Of a DNA stretch of 64,000 nucleotides, positions 9,626 to 19,741 are shown piece by piece (within the stretch, counting starts at the first letter, position 1; each line of letters opens with the position of its first letter). Source of the DNA: Planctomycetota bacterium (GTDB lineage Bacteria > Planctomycetota > UBA8108 > SXIK01). A program made the translations under genes and the position numbers. Where the stretch lies: contig CBDCXR010000004.1 in the NCBI GenBank assembly GCA_965223845.1, forward strand, positions 608,001 through 672,000, given 5' to 3'. The notes under the pieces were generated by a model, which was given only the letters and a program-made list of their open reading frames with translations, made no database searches and had not been told where the DNA came from.

Positions 9626-10309
9626 TCAATCGGACCCCGGCTCGTTCGGGTCGGCCGGGCTGCCGTCACCGGCGGGCGCGCCCCCGGCGGCGATGTCGGC
9701 GGCGTCGCTCGCCTCGGCGAGCTCGCTCTCCTCTCGCGCGAATCGCCGGCGAAAGAGGGCGAGCGCGATCGTGTCGTAAGCCCAGTGAACGACGATCGGT
9801 ACGAAGAGGTTGTTCGTCTCGACGTAGAGCCACCCGAAATAGATTCCGATGAGTGTCGCGAGCGCGAAGTACGTTGCGGTGAGGGCGTGAAGGAGACCGA
9901 AGAGGATGCTCGCGAGGAGGATTCCGCGGTAGCCATCGCCGAGGAGGTCCTGGAGGACGCCGCGAAAGAGGATCTCTTCACCGATTCCCGCCGCGCCGGA
10001 GAGGAGAAGAATTTCGAGGGCGTTCATGCGCAAAATGCGCGGCCCCAAGACGTCCTTCAGTCGATCGTGGATCGCCCGGAGGGGCGGCAGACTCGACCCG
10101 ACCTTCGTCGTCGCGACGACGGCGAACAGCGCGGGTGGAATCGTCGCCGCGAGCCCGATCCCGAGTCCGTGAAGATCGAGGCGAAGCTCGAACGGGAACG
10201 GGTGCGATCGCGCGATCCAGCCGATAACGGCCGCGACCCCGACGAGCGAAAGCTCGAACAGAAAGCCGACCTTGAAGAGATCGACGCGGCGCTCGGGAGT
10301 GTCGTTCAT
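9626..10309 (-). CDS. CPBP family intramembrane glutamic endopeptidase (CAAX/Abi)
   Basis: EEILFRG, FGLLH and HWAYD motifs, multiple TM helices. Confidence 0.9.
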   Translation of the reverse strand: MNDTPERRVDLFKVGFLFELSLVGVAAVIGWIARSHPFPFELRLDLHGLGIGLAATIPPALFAVVATTKVGSSLPPLRAIHDRLKDVLGPRILRMNALEILLLSGAAGIGEEILFRGVLQDLLGDGYRGILLASILFGLLHALTATYFALATLIGIYFGWLYVETNNLFVPIVVHWAYDTIALALFRRRFAREESELAEASDAADIAAGGAPAGDGSPADPNEPGSD

Positions 10310-10497
10310 GAAAGACTTGCGACTCTTCGTGGAAGGCGGAGATCATACCCCGCCCCGGAACGAGGAGCCAGAAGACGGCATCGCCTTGGCGCCGCGTCGA
10401 TCGTCCGGTTCGACTCGGTTCCGTGGCCGAGCGCCGTGACCCGGGCTTCCTCCGTCCCGACCGAGCTTCAACGATCCCCGAGTCGACCCCTCGCTTC

Positions 10498-13400
10498 ATG
10501 ATCTCGTCCAACCCCGGCCCGCGCGCGATTCGCCTTCGCGGAGTGCGTCAGAACAATTTGAAGAACGTCGACTGCGATCTGCCGCTCGGTCGACTGTCCG
10601 TCATCACCGGCGTCAGCGGCTCGGGGAAGTCCTCGCTCGCGTTCGACACGCTCTACGCCGAAGGGCAGCGGCGCTACCTCGAAACGTTTTCCGCGTACAC
10701 GCGGCAGTTCCTCGAACGCATTCCGCGACCCGACATGGACGAGATCGACGGCATTCCGCCGGCGGTCGCGATCGATCCGTACGGCGCGATCAAGACCTCG
10801 CGCTCGACCGTCGGAACGATGACGGGGGTCAACGACTATCTGAAGCTTCTCTTCGCGCGCGCGTCGACGGCGGTTTGCCCCGAGTGTGGGCGCGAGGTGG
10901 CACCGACCGGACGGGATGCCGTTCTCGCCGCGCTGGCGGACGAGTCCGCGCGCAGCTTCCCCGTCGTCGTCACGGCTCGGCTTTCGCTGCGCGGGTTCGA
11001 TGCGATCGAGGTCGTTCAGCGCGCGTTGACCGCTCAGGGGCTGCTCCGCTGCCGCACGGAATCCGGTGTCGTCCGGGTCGACGAGCTGAGCGCCGACGAC
11101 CTCTCGTCGGGCGAGCTCGACGTGGTCGTCGACCGCTGGGCGAGCGCTCGCGTCTCCCGTGCGCGGCGGGCCGAAGCCGTCGAGCGCGGATTGCGCCTCG
11201 GGGGCGGCGAGCTGCGCGTCTACCTCGCCTCCGGCGACTGCCGCGCGTTCTCCGAGCGGCTCGCGTGCCGCGAATGCGAGATCGACATCCTTCCGCCGTC
11301 GCCGGCGCTCTTCTCGTTCAACCATCCCTACGGCGCGTGCCGCGACTGCCGCGGCTTCGGGCGAGTGATCGAGCTCGACTGGAATCGCGTCGTCCCGGAT
11401 CCGCGTCTCTCTCTCGAGGCCGGTGCGGTGAAGCCGTGGGAGACGAAGCGCGGCCGGGGCGCGAAGCGACGTGCTCTCACCGCGCTTCGTGCTCTCGGAC
11501 TCGCGACGGACGTACCGTTCTCGGCGTATTCCGCCGCGGAACGAAAGCTCGTCCTCGAGGGCGATGGCTCCTTTTCCGGCGTGCGAGGCTTCTTTCGCCG
11601 ACTCGAGTCGAAGAAGTACAAGATGCACGTGCGCGTTTTCCTCGCGCGTTTTCGGGGCTACGAGGAGTGCCCGAAGTGCCGCGGCGGCCGCCTTCGACTC
11701 GGCGCGCTCGCGCACCGCGTCCGCGATCGGACCCTGCCGGAGATCTGGGCTCTTCCGATCCGCGATCTCCTCGAGGTCTTTCCGCGCGACTGGGTCGGAG
11801 CGCTCGCGCGGCCGGCGCGGCTCATCGGAGAGGAGATTCGTTCACGCCTCGAGTACCTGGACGCGGTCGGACTCGGGTACCTCTCTCTCGGGCGGCAGTC
11901 GCGCACTCTCTCCGGCGGCGAGGTGGAGCGCGTCAATCTGACCTCGGCGCTCGGCGCGTGTCTCGTCGATACGCTCTTCGTGCTCGACGAACCTTCGATC
12001 GGCCTCCACGCGCGCGACAACGATCGCCTCCTCGGGATCCTCCGCGCGGTACGCGACCGCGGGAACACGGTCGTCGTCGTCGAGCACGACCCGGCGCTCA
12101 TGAGCGCGGCGGAGTTTCTGGTCGATCTCGGACCGGGCTCGGGCGAGCGCGGCGGGGAAATCGTCGCTGCGGGGTCGGTCGAGCAGGTGATGGCGACGGC
12201 GAAGTCTCTCACCGGCGCTTATCTCCGCGGGGAAAAGTCCGTCGCGGCCGAGCGGACGCCCCGCCCGATCGGGAAGCAGGCGCTTCGCGTCCGCGGAGCC
12301 GAGGAGAACAACCTCGGCGGCGGAGCGCGCGGACTCGACATCGACGTTCCGCTCGGCGGGTGGACGGTCGTGAGCGGCGTGTCGGGATCCGGGAAGAGTA
12401 CGCTTCTCGAGAAGGTTCTCTGGCGCTCGTATCTCCACGAACGGGGCCGCGGCGACGACGGTCCGCCGCGCGTCCGATCGATTTCGGGCTTCGACCTCGT
12501 CGACGAAGTCGTCCTCGTCGATCAATCTCCGATCGGAAAGACGCCGCGCGGAAACCCGGCGACGTACACGAAGATCTTCGATCGGATCCGTGCGCTCTTC
12601 GCCGCGTCTCCGGCCGCGAAGCGAAACGGGTTCGAGGCGGGTCACTTCTCCTTCAACGTCGAGGGAGGACGCTGTCCGGAGTGCAGCGGCGCCGGCTACG
12701 AGCAGGTGGAGATGCAGTTTCTCTCCGACGTGACACTGGTCTGCGAGGCCTGCGCGGGGCGTCGGTTCCGCGACGCGGTCCTCGAGGTGCGAGTGGACGG
12801 TCGCAACGTCGCCGACGTCCTCGAGCTGACCATCGCAGAAGCGGCGAGTGTCTTCGAGCGCGAGCCGGGGCTCGCGGAGAGCCTCGATTTTCTCGCCGCT
12901 CTCGGGCTTGGATACCTGCGTCTCGGACAGCCGATCAACACGCTCTCGGGCGGGGAGGCGCAGCGGCTGAAGCTGGCCGGCCGGGTGCTCGCCGCGCGCC
13001 GCGAGCGGCTTCTCTTTCTCCTCGACGAGCCGACGACCGGTCTCCATCTGGACGACGTGCGCCGACTGATCGCCGTCTTCGACGAGCTCGTCGCGCGCGG
13101 GCACAGCCTCGTTGTGATCGAGCACCATCTCGATGTCATCGCCGCCGCGGACCACGTGATCGATCTCGGTCCGGAGGGCGGCGACGCCGGAGGTCGGCTC
13201 GTCGCGAGCGGCACGCCTCGCGACCTCGCGGCGAACTGGCGCGAGACCGGCTCGGTCACCGGCGACTGGCTCGAGCGGCACTTTGGCGGCGAGCTGGTGG
13301 CGAAGGATCCGCCGGCGCCGACCGCCAGGTCGAGCGATCTCCGTCCAGCCATTCGGGTCGTCGGTGCGCGCGAAAACAATCTGCGCGGAATCGACGTTTC

Positions 13401-16146
13401 GCTCCCGCTTCACGAGCTCGTCGTCGTGACGGGACTCAGCGGCTCGGGAAAATCCTCGCTCGTCTACGATATCGTCTTCGCCGAAGGACAGCGCCGCTAC
13501 CTCGATTGTCTGTCGCCGTACGCGCGCCAGTTCATCGAGGATCTCCGGCGCCCCGACATAGACCACCTCGAAGGGATTCCGCCGACCGTCGCGATCGAGC
13601 AGCGGACGTCCGTCGGCGGACGCCGCTCGACGGTCGGAACGGTGACCGAGATCTACCAGCTACTCCGACTCCTCTACGCGCGGTGCGGCGTGCAGATGTG
13701 TCCCGATTGCGGGGACGAGGTCGCGCCGCGCCCGGAGGCGGACATCGTGCGCGAAGTCGGGCGACTCGCACGCCGCGGAGGTCGGCTCCTCGCGCCCGTC
13801 GTGCGCGGGAAGAAGGGATTTCACTCGAAGCTCCTCGCCGGCGCGAGGCGACGCGGCATCCTCGACGCGAGGGTCGACGGCGAGTGGCTCGCGCTCCTGG
13901 CGGATCGCGAAGTCCGTCTCGAGCGCCACCGCGCCCACGACATCGATCTCGTCGTCGGGTCGTACGGCCGGGACGACAAGCCTCTCGCGCTCCGGGACGA
14001 AGTCGGCCTCGGGCTCGAGCTCGGCGGTGGAGTCGTGCGGTTTCTCGCGCGCGACGGGACCGAGCGCGTCCTCAACCGGCACCGGTCGTGTCCCTCCTGC
14101 GAGCGCGACTTCGATGAGCCGCAGCCGCGAAGCTTCAGCTTCCATTCGACTCACGGTCGCTGTCCGGAATGCGGAGGGGACGGCGTGCGCCTTGCGATCG
14201 AACCGGAGAGGTGGATCTCGCATTGGAACGCGCCTCCGACCCAGCGGGGGCGCGGTCCGTTCGACGTGCTCCTCGATCCGCCGTTCGCCAAGTCGACGCG
14301 TACTCGCGTTCTCCGGTCGCTGCGGTCGCTCGAAGAGGCGGGTCGCCTGCGCGGCGGCGGTGTGGACCGCCCACTCGCCTCCTGGTCGAAGCGCGCGCTC
14401 GCGATCTTGTTCGACGGCGACCGGTCCGGGACGTTCGCGGGGCTCCGCGCGATCGCGGAGGTCGCCCTCGCGCGGCTCGAGCCGGACGCCGCAGACACGT
14501 ACCGGCGCGCCTGGGGGGGCGAGCTCCCCTGCGAAGCCTGCGCCGGCGGCCGACTCGCCCGCGACTCGCTCGCGGTCGAGTTCGCGGGCCGCAGCATCGG
14601 CGAGCTCGCCCAGGCGACGACGACGGAGCTGCGCGCTTTCTTCGCCGGCGTCAAGCTCCGCGGGCGCGATCGAGCGATCGCCGGACCGATCGTCGACGAG
14701 GTGCGCGCGCGCCTCGAGTTCCTCGATCGAGTCGGGCTCTCGTACCTCGATCTGAACCGGAGCGCGGCGACGCTGTCGACGGGCGAAGCGCAGCGAATTC
14801 GGCTGGCGGCTCAGCTGGGGTCGAAGCTGCGCGGAGCCTGCTACATCCTCGACGAGCCGACGATCGGACTCCATCCGCGCGACAACGCGATGCTCCTTTC
14901 GACGCTCCGCGATCTCCGCGATCGCGGGAACAGCGTGCTCGTCATCGAGCACGACGAGGAGACGATCGAAGCGGCGGATACCGTGGTCGACATGGGGCCC
15001 GGTCCCGGGCGACACGGGGGGGAGATCGTCTTTCAGGGAAGTGTCGAGGCCCTCCTCGAGGACCCGCGCAGCGCCACGGCGGTAGCGCTGCGAGAACGCC
15101 GTGGCGTCACGGTGACTCCGAGCCGCCGCGACTGGCACGGTGAACCTGCGGTGGTCGTTCGCGGCGCACACCGCCACAACTTATCCGGGATCGACGTGCG
15201 GTTCCCGCTCGGCGCGGTCACTCTGGTGACGGGGGTGTCCGGCGCGGGGAAGTCGACGCTCGTTCGCGACGTGCTCGAAGAGAGCGTGCGACGTCACCTC
15301 CGCGGTCTTCACTCGGCGGCGAGCGGGTGCGCCGAAGTTGCCGGCGCCGCACTCGTCGACGCGATTCGGGAGGTCGATCAGCTGCCGATCGGACGCACTC
15401 CGCGGTCGACGCCCGCCACCTACGTCGGATTCTGGGACCGCATTCGCGCGGCCTTTGCGGCGACGCCCGAAGCGCGAACCCGCGGCTACGACAAGCGGCG
15501 CTTCTCGTTCAATGTCGGCGGCGGTCGGTGCGACGCGTGCGCCGGACAGGGAAGGCTCCGCGTCGAGATGAACTTTCTCCCCGACGTCGAGATGCGGTGC
15601 GAATCCTGCGGCGGACGGCGGTTCAATTCGGAGACCCTCGAGATCACGTATCGCGGGAAAACGATCGCGGATGTCCTCGCCATGGATGTCGAGGCGGCGA
15701 GCGAATTCTTTGCCGCGTACCCGGAGATCGCGCGGAGCCTCGCCGCTCTCGCCGACCTCGGTCTCGGGTATCTCACGCTCGGTCAAGCGAGCACGACGCT
15801 ATCGGGCGGCGAAGCCCAGCGGGTGAAGCTCGCGGTCGAGCTCGCCAAGACGGCGGGCGGGACTTGCCTCTATCTTCTCGACGAGCCGACGACGGGCCTC
15901 CACCTCCGCGACGTGGAGAAGCTCGCCCGCGTTCTTCGCCGGCTCGCCGAGGCGGGCCACGCCGTCGTCGTGGTCGAGCATCACGTCGAACTCATCGCCG
16001 GAGCGGATTGGGTGATCGATCTCGGACCGGAAGGCGGGAGCGCGGGCGGTGGGCTCGTTTACGAAGGGGCGCCGGCGGGGCTCATCCGAGCGCGGGGCTC
16101 GCACACGGGCCGGGCACTCGCGGGAGCGCTCGAGCGAAGACGCTGA
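10498..16146 (+). CDS. uvrA: Excinuclease ABC subunit A, tandem-duplicated double-length form
   Basis: Four Walker A motifs (GVSGSGKS x2, GLSGSGKS, GVSGAGKS), EGQRRY twice, LSGGE/LSTGE signatures, multiple CxxC zinc modules. Confidence 0.95.
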   Translation: MISSNPGPRAIRLRGVRQNNLKNVDCDLPLGRLSVITGVSGSGKSSLAFDTLYAEGQRRYLETFSAYTRQFLERIPRPDMDEIDGIPPAVAIDPYGAIKTSRSTVGTMTGVNDYLKLLFARASTAVCPECGREVAPTGRDAVLAALADESARSFPVVVTARLSLRGFDAIEVVQRALTAQGLLRCRTESGVVRVDELSADDLSSGELDVVVDRWASARVSRARRAEAVERGLRLGGGELRVYLASGDCRAFSERLACRECEIDILPPSPALFSFNHPYGACRDCRGFGRVIELDWNRVVPDPRLSLEAGAVKPWETKRGRGAKRRALTALRALGLATDVPFSAYSAAERKLVLEGDGSFSGVRGFFRRLESKKYKMHVRVFLARFRGYEECPKCRGGRLRLGALAHRVRDRTLPEIWALPIRDLLEVFPRDWVGALARPARLIGEEIRSRLEYLDAVGLGYLSLGRQSRTLSGGEVERVNLTSALGACLVDTLFVLDEPSIGLHARDNDRLLGILRAVRDRGNTVVVVEHDPALMSAAEFLVDLGPGSGERGGEIVAAGSVEQVMATAKSLTGAYLRGEKSVAAERTPRPIGKQALRVRGAEENNLGGGARGLDIDVPLGGWTVVSGVSGSGKSTLLEKVLWRSYLHERGRGDDGPPRVRSISGFDLVDEVVLVDQSPIGKTPRGNPATYTKIFDRIRALFAASPAAKRNGFEAGHFSFNVEGGRCPECSGAGYEQVEMQFLSDVTLVCEACAGRRFRDAVLEVRVDGRNVADVLELTIAEAASVFEREPGLAESLDFLAALGLGYLRLGQPINTLSGGEAQRLKLAGRVLAARRERLLFLLDEPTTGLHLDDVRRLIAVFDELVARGHSLVVIEHHLDVIAAADHVIDLGPEGGDAGGRLVASGTPRDLAANWRETGSVTGDWLERHFGGELVAKDPPAPTARSSDLRPAIRVVGARENNLRGIDVSLPLHELVVVTGLSGSGKSSLVYDIVFAEGQRRYLDCLSPYARQFIEDLRRPDIDHLEGIPPTVAIEQRTSVGGRRSTVGTVTEIYQLLRLLYARCGVQMCPDCGDEVAPRPEADIVREVGRLARRGGRLLAPVVRGKKGFHSKLLAGARRRGILDARVDGEWLALLADREVRLERHRAHDIDLVVGSYGRDDKPLALRDEVGLGLELGGGVVRFLARDGTERVLNRHRSCPSCERDFDEPQPRSFSFHSTHGRCPECGGDGVRLAIEPERWISHWNAPPTQRGRGPFDVLLDPPFAKSTRTRVLRSLRSLEEAGRLRGGGVDRPLASWSKRALAILFDGDRSGTFAGLRAIAEVALARLEPDAADTYRRAWGGELPCEACAGGRLARDSLAVEFAGRSIGELAQATTTELRAFFAGVKLRGRDRAIAGPIVDEVRARLEFLDRVGLSYLDLNRSAATLSTGEAQRIRLAAQLGSKLRGACYILDEPTIGLHPRDNAMLLSTLRDLRDRGNSVLVIEHDEETIEAADTVVDMGPGPGRHGGEIVFQGSVEALLEDPRSATAVALRERRGVTVTPSRRDWHGEPAVVVRGAHRHNLSGIDVRFPLGAVTLVTGVSGAGKSTLVRDVLEESVRRHLRGLHSAASGCAEVAGAALVDAIREVDQLPIGRTPRSTPATYVGFWDRIRAAFAATPEARTRGYDKRRFSFNVGGGRCDACAGQGRLRVEMNFLPDVEMRCESCGGRRFNSETLEITYRGKTIADVLAMDVEAASEFFAAYPEIARSLAALADLGLGYLTLGQASTTLSGGEAQRVKLAVELAKTAGGTCLYLLDEPTTGLHLRDVEKLARVLRRLAEAGHAVVVVEHHVELIAGADWVIDLGPEGGSAGGGLVYEGAPAGLIRARGSHTGRALAGALERRR

Positions 16147-16166
16147 AGGCTAGGGAGTCACGCCGA

Positions 16167-17156
16167 ATGGATCTCGTTACCGGTGGAACCGGCTTCGTCG
16201 GCTGGCACGTCGTCCGCGCCCTGAGCGAGCGCGGAGACGGTCCGGTGCGCGCTCTCGTGCGGCCGAACGTGGATGCGTCGTATCTCGAGGAGCTCTCGGG
16301 GGTCGAGATCGTTCGCGGCGATCTTCTCGACGCCGAGAGCCTCGAGCGGGCGACACGGGGATGCCGGCGCGTCTTTCACGTCGCTGCGCTCTACACGTTT
16401 TGGGCGCGCGATTCGCGGCTTCTCTACCGGACGAACGTCGATGGGACGCGGGCACTTCTCGATGCCGCGGCGGCGGCGGGCGTCGAGCGCATCGTCTACA
16501 CGAGCACGGTCGGCGCGCTCGGGTACGCCGGACGCGGGAAACCCGCGGATGAATCGACGCCCGTTCGTCTCGAGGACATGGTGGGCCATTACAAACGCTC
16601 GAAGTTTCTCGCCGAACGCGTCGCCATGGAGGCGGTGGCGCACGGAACGCCCGTCGTGATCGTGAACCCGAGCGCGCCCGTCGGCTGGGCGGACCGAAAG
16701 CCGACGCCGACGGGACAGATGATCTACGACTTCATGCGCGGGCGAATGAAAGGCTACCTCGAAACGGGACTCAATCTCGTCGACGTCGAGGACGTCGCGG
16801 CCGGGCATCTCCTCGCGGCAGAACGTGGCGTCGCAGGCGAGAAGTACATCCTGGGGAACCGAGACCTCTATCTGAAGGAGATCTTCGAGATCCTCTCCGA
16901 TCTCACCGGAGTCCCGGCGCCGCGGGTGAAGATCCCATACGCGCTTGCGTGGACGGTCGGCGCGGCGAACAACGCGTGGGCTGCGGTCGCTCGACGCGCT
17001 CCCCCGGTCCCCCTCGAGAGCGTTCGGATCGCGAAGAAGACGATGTTCTTCGATGCGACGAAGGCGCGACGCGAGCTCGACCTTCCGCAAACCGAGCCGG
17101 CGGTCGCGCTCGAGAAGGCGGTGCGTTGGTTTCGCGAGCGGAGCGCGGGTCGATGA
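16167..17156 (+). CDS. hpnA: Hopanoid-associated NAD-dependent sugar epimerase/dehydratase (HpnA-like)
   Basis: TGGTGFVG, FHVAALY, YTSTVGALG, GHYKRSKFLAE, KPTPTG, GLNLVDVEDVA. Confidence 0.85.
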   Translation: MDLVTGGTGFVGWHVVRALSERGDGPVRALVRPNVDASYLEELSGVEIVRGDLLDAESLERATRGCRRVFHVAALYTFWARDSRLLYRTNVDGTRALLDAAAAAGVERIVYTSTVGALGYAGRGKPADESTPVRLEDMVGHYKRSKFLAERVAMEAVAHGTPVVIVNPSAPVGWADRKPTPTGQMIYDFMRGRMKGYLETGLNLVDVEDVAAGHLLAAERGVAGEKYILGNRDLYLKEIFEILSDLTGVPAPRVKIPYALAWTVGAANNAWAAVARRAPPVPLESVRIAKKTMFFDATKARRELDLPQTEPAVALEKAVRWFRERSAGR

Positions 17157-17174
17157 GGCGTCGTCCGCGTCAGC

Positions 17175-17203
17175 TTGACACTCTTCGTACGATCGCCCAT
17201 AGT
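17175..17203 (+). promoter_or_regulatory. Sigma70-type promoter of the trp leader/operon
   Basis: TTGACA (17175-17180), 17-nt spacer, CATAGT (17198-17203). Confidence 0.7.
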
Positions 17204-17281
17204 TGAAAGGACTCGAATCGGAGAAAGCGACTTCCGAACGACGGAGCGCACGGTTCGAACGATCGAACGGACCCCGAACCG

Positions 17282-17416
17282 ATGTCCCGCGTACGTTTCC
17301 TCATTCCCGCCTCGGCCGAGCGTTGGCGTCTCCAGCCGGAAAGGGCCCTCCCGGTGTGGGCCCGTGCCATCGAGGCGAACGGAGGCGACGCGTGCCCGAC
17401 GGAGTCCCGCGGGTAA
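17282..17416 (+). CDS. Candidate trp leader peptide (44 aa, 2 Trp)
   Basis: MSRVRFLIPASAERWRLQPERALPVWARAIEANGGDACPTESRG lies between the promoter and the terminator upstream of trpE; weak RBS. Confidence 0.3.
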   Translation: MSRVRFLIPASAERWRLQPERALPVWARAIEANGGDACPTESRG

Positions 17417-17537
17417 CGAAACGATCTGCGCTGGCTCTCGGCGACCAGCGGGTGGACTCACGGAGAAACGACCGATCGTGTCTCCTGAGCTCTCCGCGGA
17501 AGCGGGCGTCGGCAAAGATTCGGACGAGTGAGCGGCG

Positions 17538-17562
17538 CCTCCCGACGCAGGGAGGTTTTTTT
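17538..17562 (+). terminator. Intrinsic terminator upstream of trpE (attenuator candidate)
   Basis: CCTCCC-gacgca-GGGAGG followed by T7. Confidence 0.8.
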
Positions 17563-17660
17563 GTGTCCGGTGCGTGCGAGCGCGATCGGCGGAAAAGTCG
17601 CGAATCCCGTCGACCCGCCCCCTGCTCCGGACCGCTCAAAGCGAGCCGCGAGGATCACCG

Positions 17661-19172
17661 TTGAAGCGAGAAGAGTTCATCCAATTGGCGGCGGAGAATA
17701 CCGTCGTCCCCGTCTACCGCGAGCTGAGCGCCGACACGCTCACGCCCGTTTCCGTGTTTCTGCGTCTCCGCCGGCGCGGTGAGCCCGCCTTCCTTCTCGA
17801 GAGCGTCGAAGGCGGCGAGCGCGTCGGCCGCTACTCGTTCATCGGCCGAGAGCCGTTTCAGCGGATTTCGGCGACTCCTAACTCGGTCGAGATCGAGCGG
17901 GAGGACGGTTCGCGCGAAACGAGCGAGGAGGGTTTCTTTCGCGTCCTCGCCCGCGAGATCGCGCAGTTCCGGAGCCCGACGCACCCGGGGTTACCTCCGC
18001 TCACCGGCGGCGCCGCGGGGTTCATCGGCTACGACGCAGTGCGGTGGATCGAAGCGATCCCGGATCGCCACGAGAACGATGCATCGATCCCCGACGCGCA
18101 GTTTCATTTCTTCCACTCGCTCATCGCTTTCGACCACGTCCGTCGACGGGTGGTGCTCGTCGCGAACGTGCAGGTCGGCGACGCGCCGCTCGCGAGCGAC
18201 GAGCTCGACGCGAAGTACGCGCGCGCATTGAAGCGCATCGAGCGGATGGCGGATGACCTGGCGCGTCCGGTGCCCGCCGAGGAGATGCCGCGCCCGGCGG
18301 TGTCGCTCGCACGCGAGCGGATCGATCACGGCATGGAATCGAACTTCACGCGCGCGGAGTTCGAGACGGCGGTACGGCGAGCGAAGGAGTACATCGAAGC
18401 GGGGGATGCCTTTCAGATCGTCCTCTCGCAGCGATTCCAGAGGGCGATCGACGTCGAGCCGTTCGACGTCTACCGCGCGCTCCGGATGCTCAATCCCTCG
18501 CCGTATCTCTTTTTTCTCCAGTGGGACGATACGGCGGTGCTCGGTTCGTCGCCCGAGACGATGGTGCGCGTTCAGGACCGTACGGCGATGGTGCGTCCGA
18601 TCGCCGGCACTCGCCGTCGCGGCGCGGATCGCGCGGAAGATGTTCAACTCGAGGAGGAATTGCTCGGGGACGAGAAGGAGCTCGCCGAGCATCGGATGCT
18701 CGTCGATCTCGGTCGTAACGATATCGGGCGCGTCGCTCGATTCGGAACGGTCGAGGTTTCGCGGCTCGAGCAGATCGAGCGCTACTCGCACGTCATGCAC
18801 ATCGTCAGCCAGGTCGAGGGGACTCTGCGCGACGAGTTGAGCGCGATCGATGCGTTTTGCGCCGGCTTTCCGGCCGGTACGGTTTCGGGAGCGCCAAAGA
18901 TTCGCGCGATGGAAATCATCGACGAGCTGGAGCCCACGCGCCGCGGCATCTACGCGGGTGCCGTCGGCTACCTCGACTTCGCCGGCAACCTCGACACCGC
19001 GATCGCCATCCGCACGCTCGTCATCCATCGCGGGGTCGCGTTCGCCCAGGCGGGCGCCGGCATCGTGGCCGACTCCGTGCCAGAGAACGAGTACTTCGAG
19101 ACGATCCACAAGGCCTCGGCGCTCTACGATGCGATCCGGCTGGCCGAGGCGCACCGCGGGGAGGGAGCATGA
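17661..19172 (+). CDS. trpE: Anthranilate synthase component I
   Basis: DTLTPVS, FLLESVEGGERVGRYS, NPSPY, GSSPE, PIAGTRRRG, EHRMLVDLGRND, GTVSGAPKIRAM; TTG start. Confidence 0.95.
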   Translation: MKREEFIQLAAENTVVPVYRELSADTLTPVSVFLRLRRRGEPAFLLESVEGGERVGRYSFIGREPFQRISATPNSVEIEREDGSRETSEEGFFRVLAREIAQFRSPTHPGLPPLTGGAAGFIGYDAVRWIEAIPDRHENDASIPDAQFHFFHSLIAFDHVRRRVVLVANVQVGDAPLASDELDAKYARALKRIERMADDLARPVPAEEMPRPAVSLARERIDHGMESNFTRAEFETAVRRAKEYIEAGDAFQIVLSQRFQRAIDVEPFDVYRALRMLNPSPYLFFLQWDDTAVLGSSPETMVRVQDRTAMVRPIAGTRRRGADRAEDVQLEEELLGDEKELAEHRMLVDLGRNDIGRVARFGTVEVSRLEQIERYSHVMHIVSQVEGTLRDELSAIDAFCAGFPAGTVSGAPKIRAMEIIDELEPTRRGIYAGAVGYLDFAGNLDTAIAIRTLVIHRGVAFAQAGAGIVADSVPENEYFETIHKASALYDAIRLAEAHRGEGA

Positions 19173-19741
19173 TCGTCGTCATCGACAACTACGACTCCTT
19201 CACGTACAACCTCGTTCAGTACATGGGTGAGCTCGGAGCCGATCCCGAAGTGCACCGAAACGACGCGATCACTCCGAGCGAGATCGCGGCTCGATCGCCG
19301 CGCGGCGTGATCATTTCGCCGGGGCCGTGCACGCCCGATGAGGCTGGGGTGTCCGTCGACGTCGCGCACTCGCTCTCGGGTTCGGTACCGATCCTCGGCG
19401 TCTGCCTCGGCCACCAGTCGATCGGCGCCGCGTTCGGAGCGAAGATCGTGCGGACCGCTCCCGTTCACGGAAAGGCGAGTCGCGTCGAGCACGGTGGGGA
19501 TGAGCTCTTCGCCGGGATCGAAAACCCGCTCCTCGCCGGTCGCTACCACTCGCTCGTCGTCGAGGATGTGCCCGAGACGCTTGTCGTCACCGCGCGGACG
19601 GCCGACGGCATCGTGATGGGACTCCGCCACCGCGACCACCCGACGTTCGGACTGCAGTTCCATCCCGAATCGATCCTCACCGGCCACGGCCAGGCGATCC
19701 TGCGGAACTTCCTCATCCTTTGTCAGGAGATCGAAACGTGA
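19169..19741 (+). CDS. trpG: Anthranilate synthase component II (glutamine amidotransferase)
   Basis: IDNYDSFTYNL, ISPGP, GVCLGHQ, RYHSL, QFHPES; ATGA overlap with trpE. Confidence 0.95.
   Translation: MIVVIDNYDSFTYNLVQYMGELGADPEVHRNDAITPSEIAARSPRGVIISPGPCTPDEAGVSVDVAHSLSGSVPILGVCLGHQSIGAAFGAKIVRTAPVHGKASRVEHGGDELFAGIENPLLAGRYHSLVVEDVPETLVVTARTADGIVMGLRHRDHPTFGLQFHPESILTGHGQAILRNFLILCQEIET

Noticed and set aside
10875-14117. 1080-aa alternative-frame ORF inside uvrA
   Set aside because: Arg-rich low-information translation typical of off-frames in GC-rich DNA.
17449-17463. T-box-like GGGTGGACTCACG in the trp leader
   Set aside because: Lacks the UGGNACC bulge; no recognisable stem I or specifier loop.
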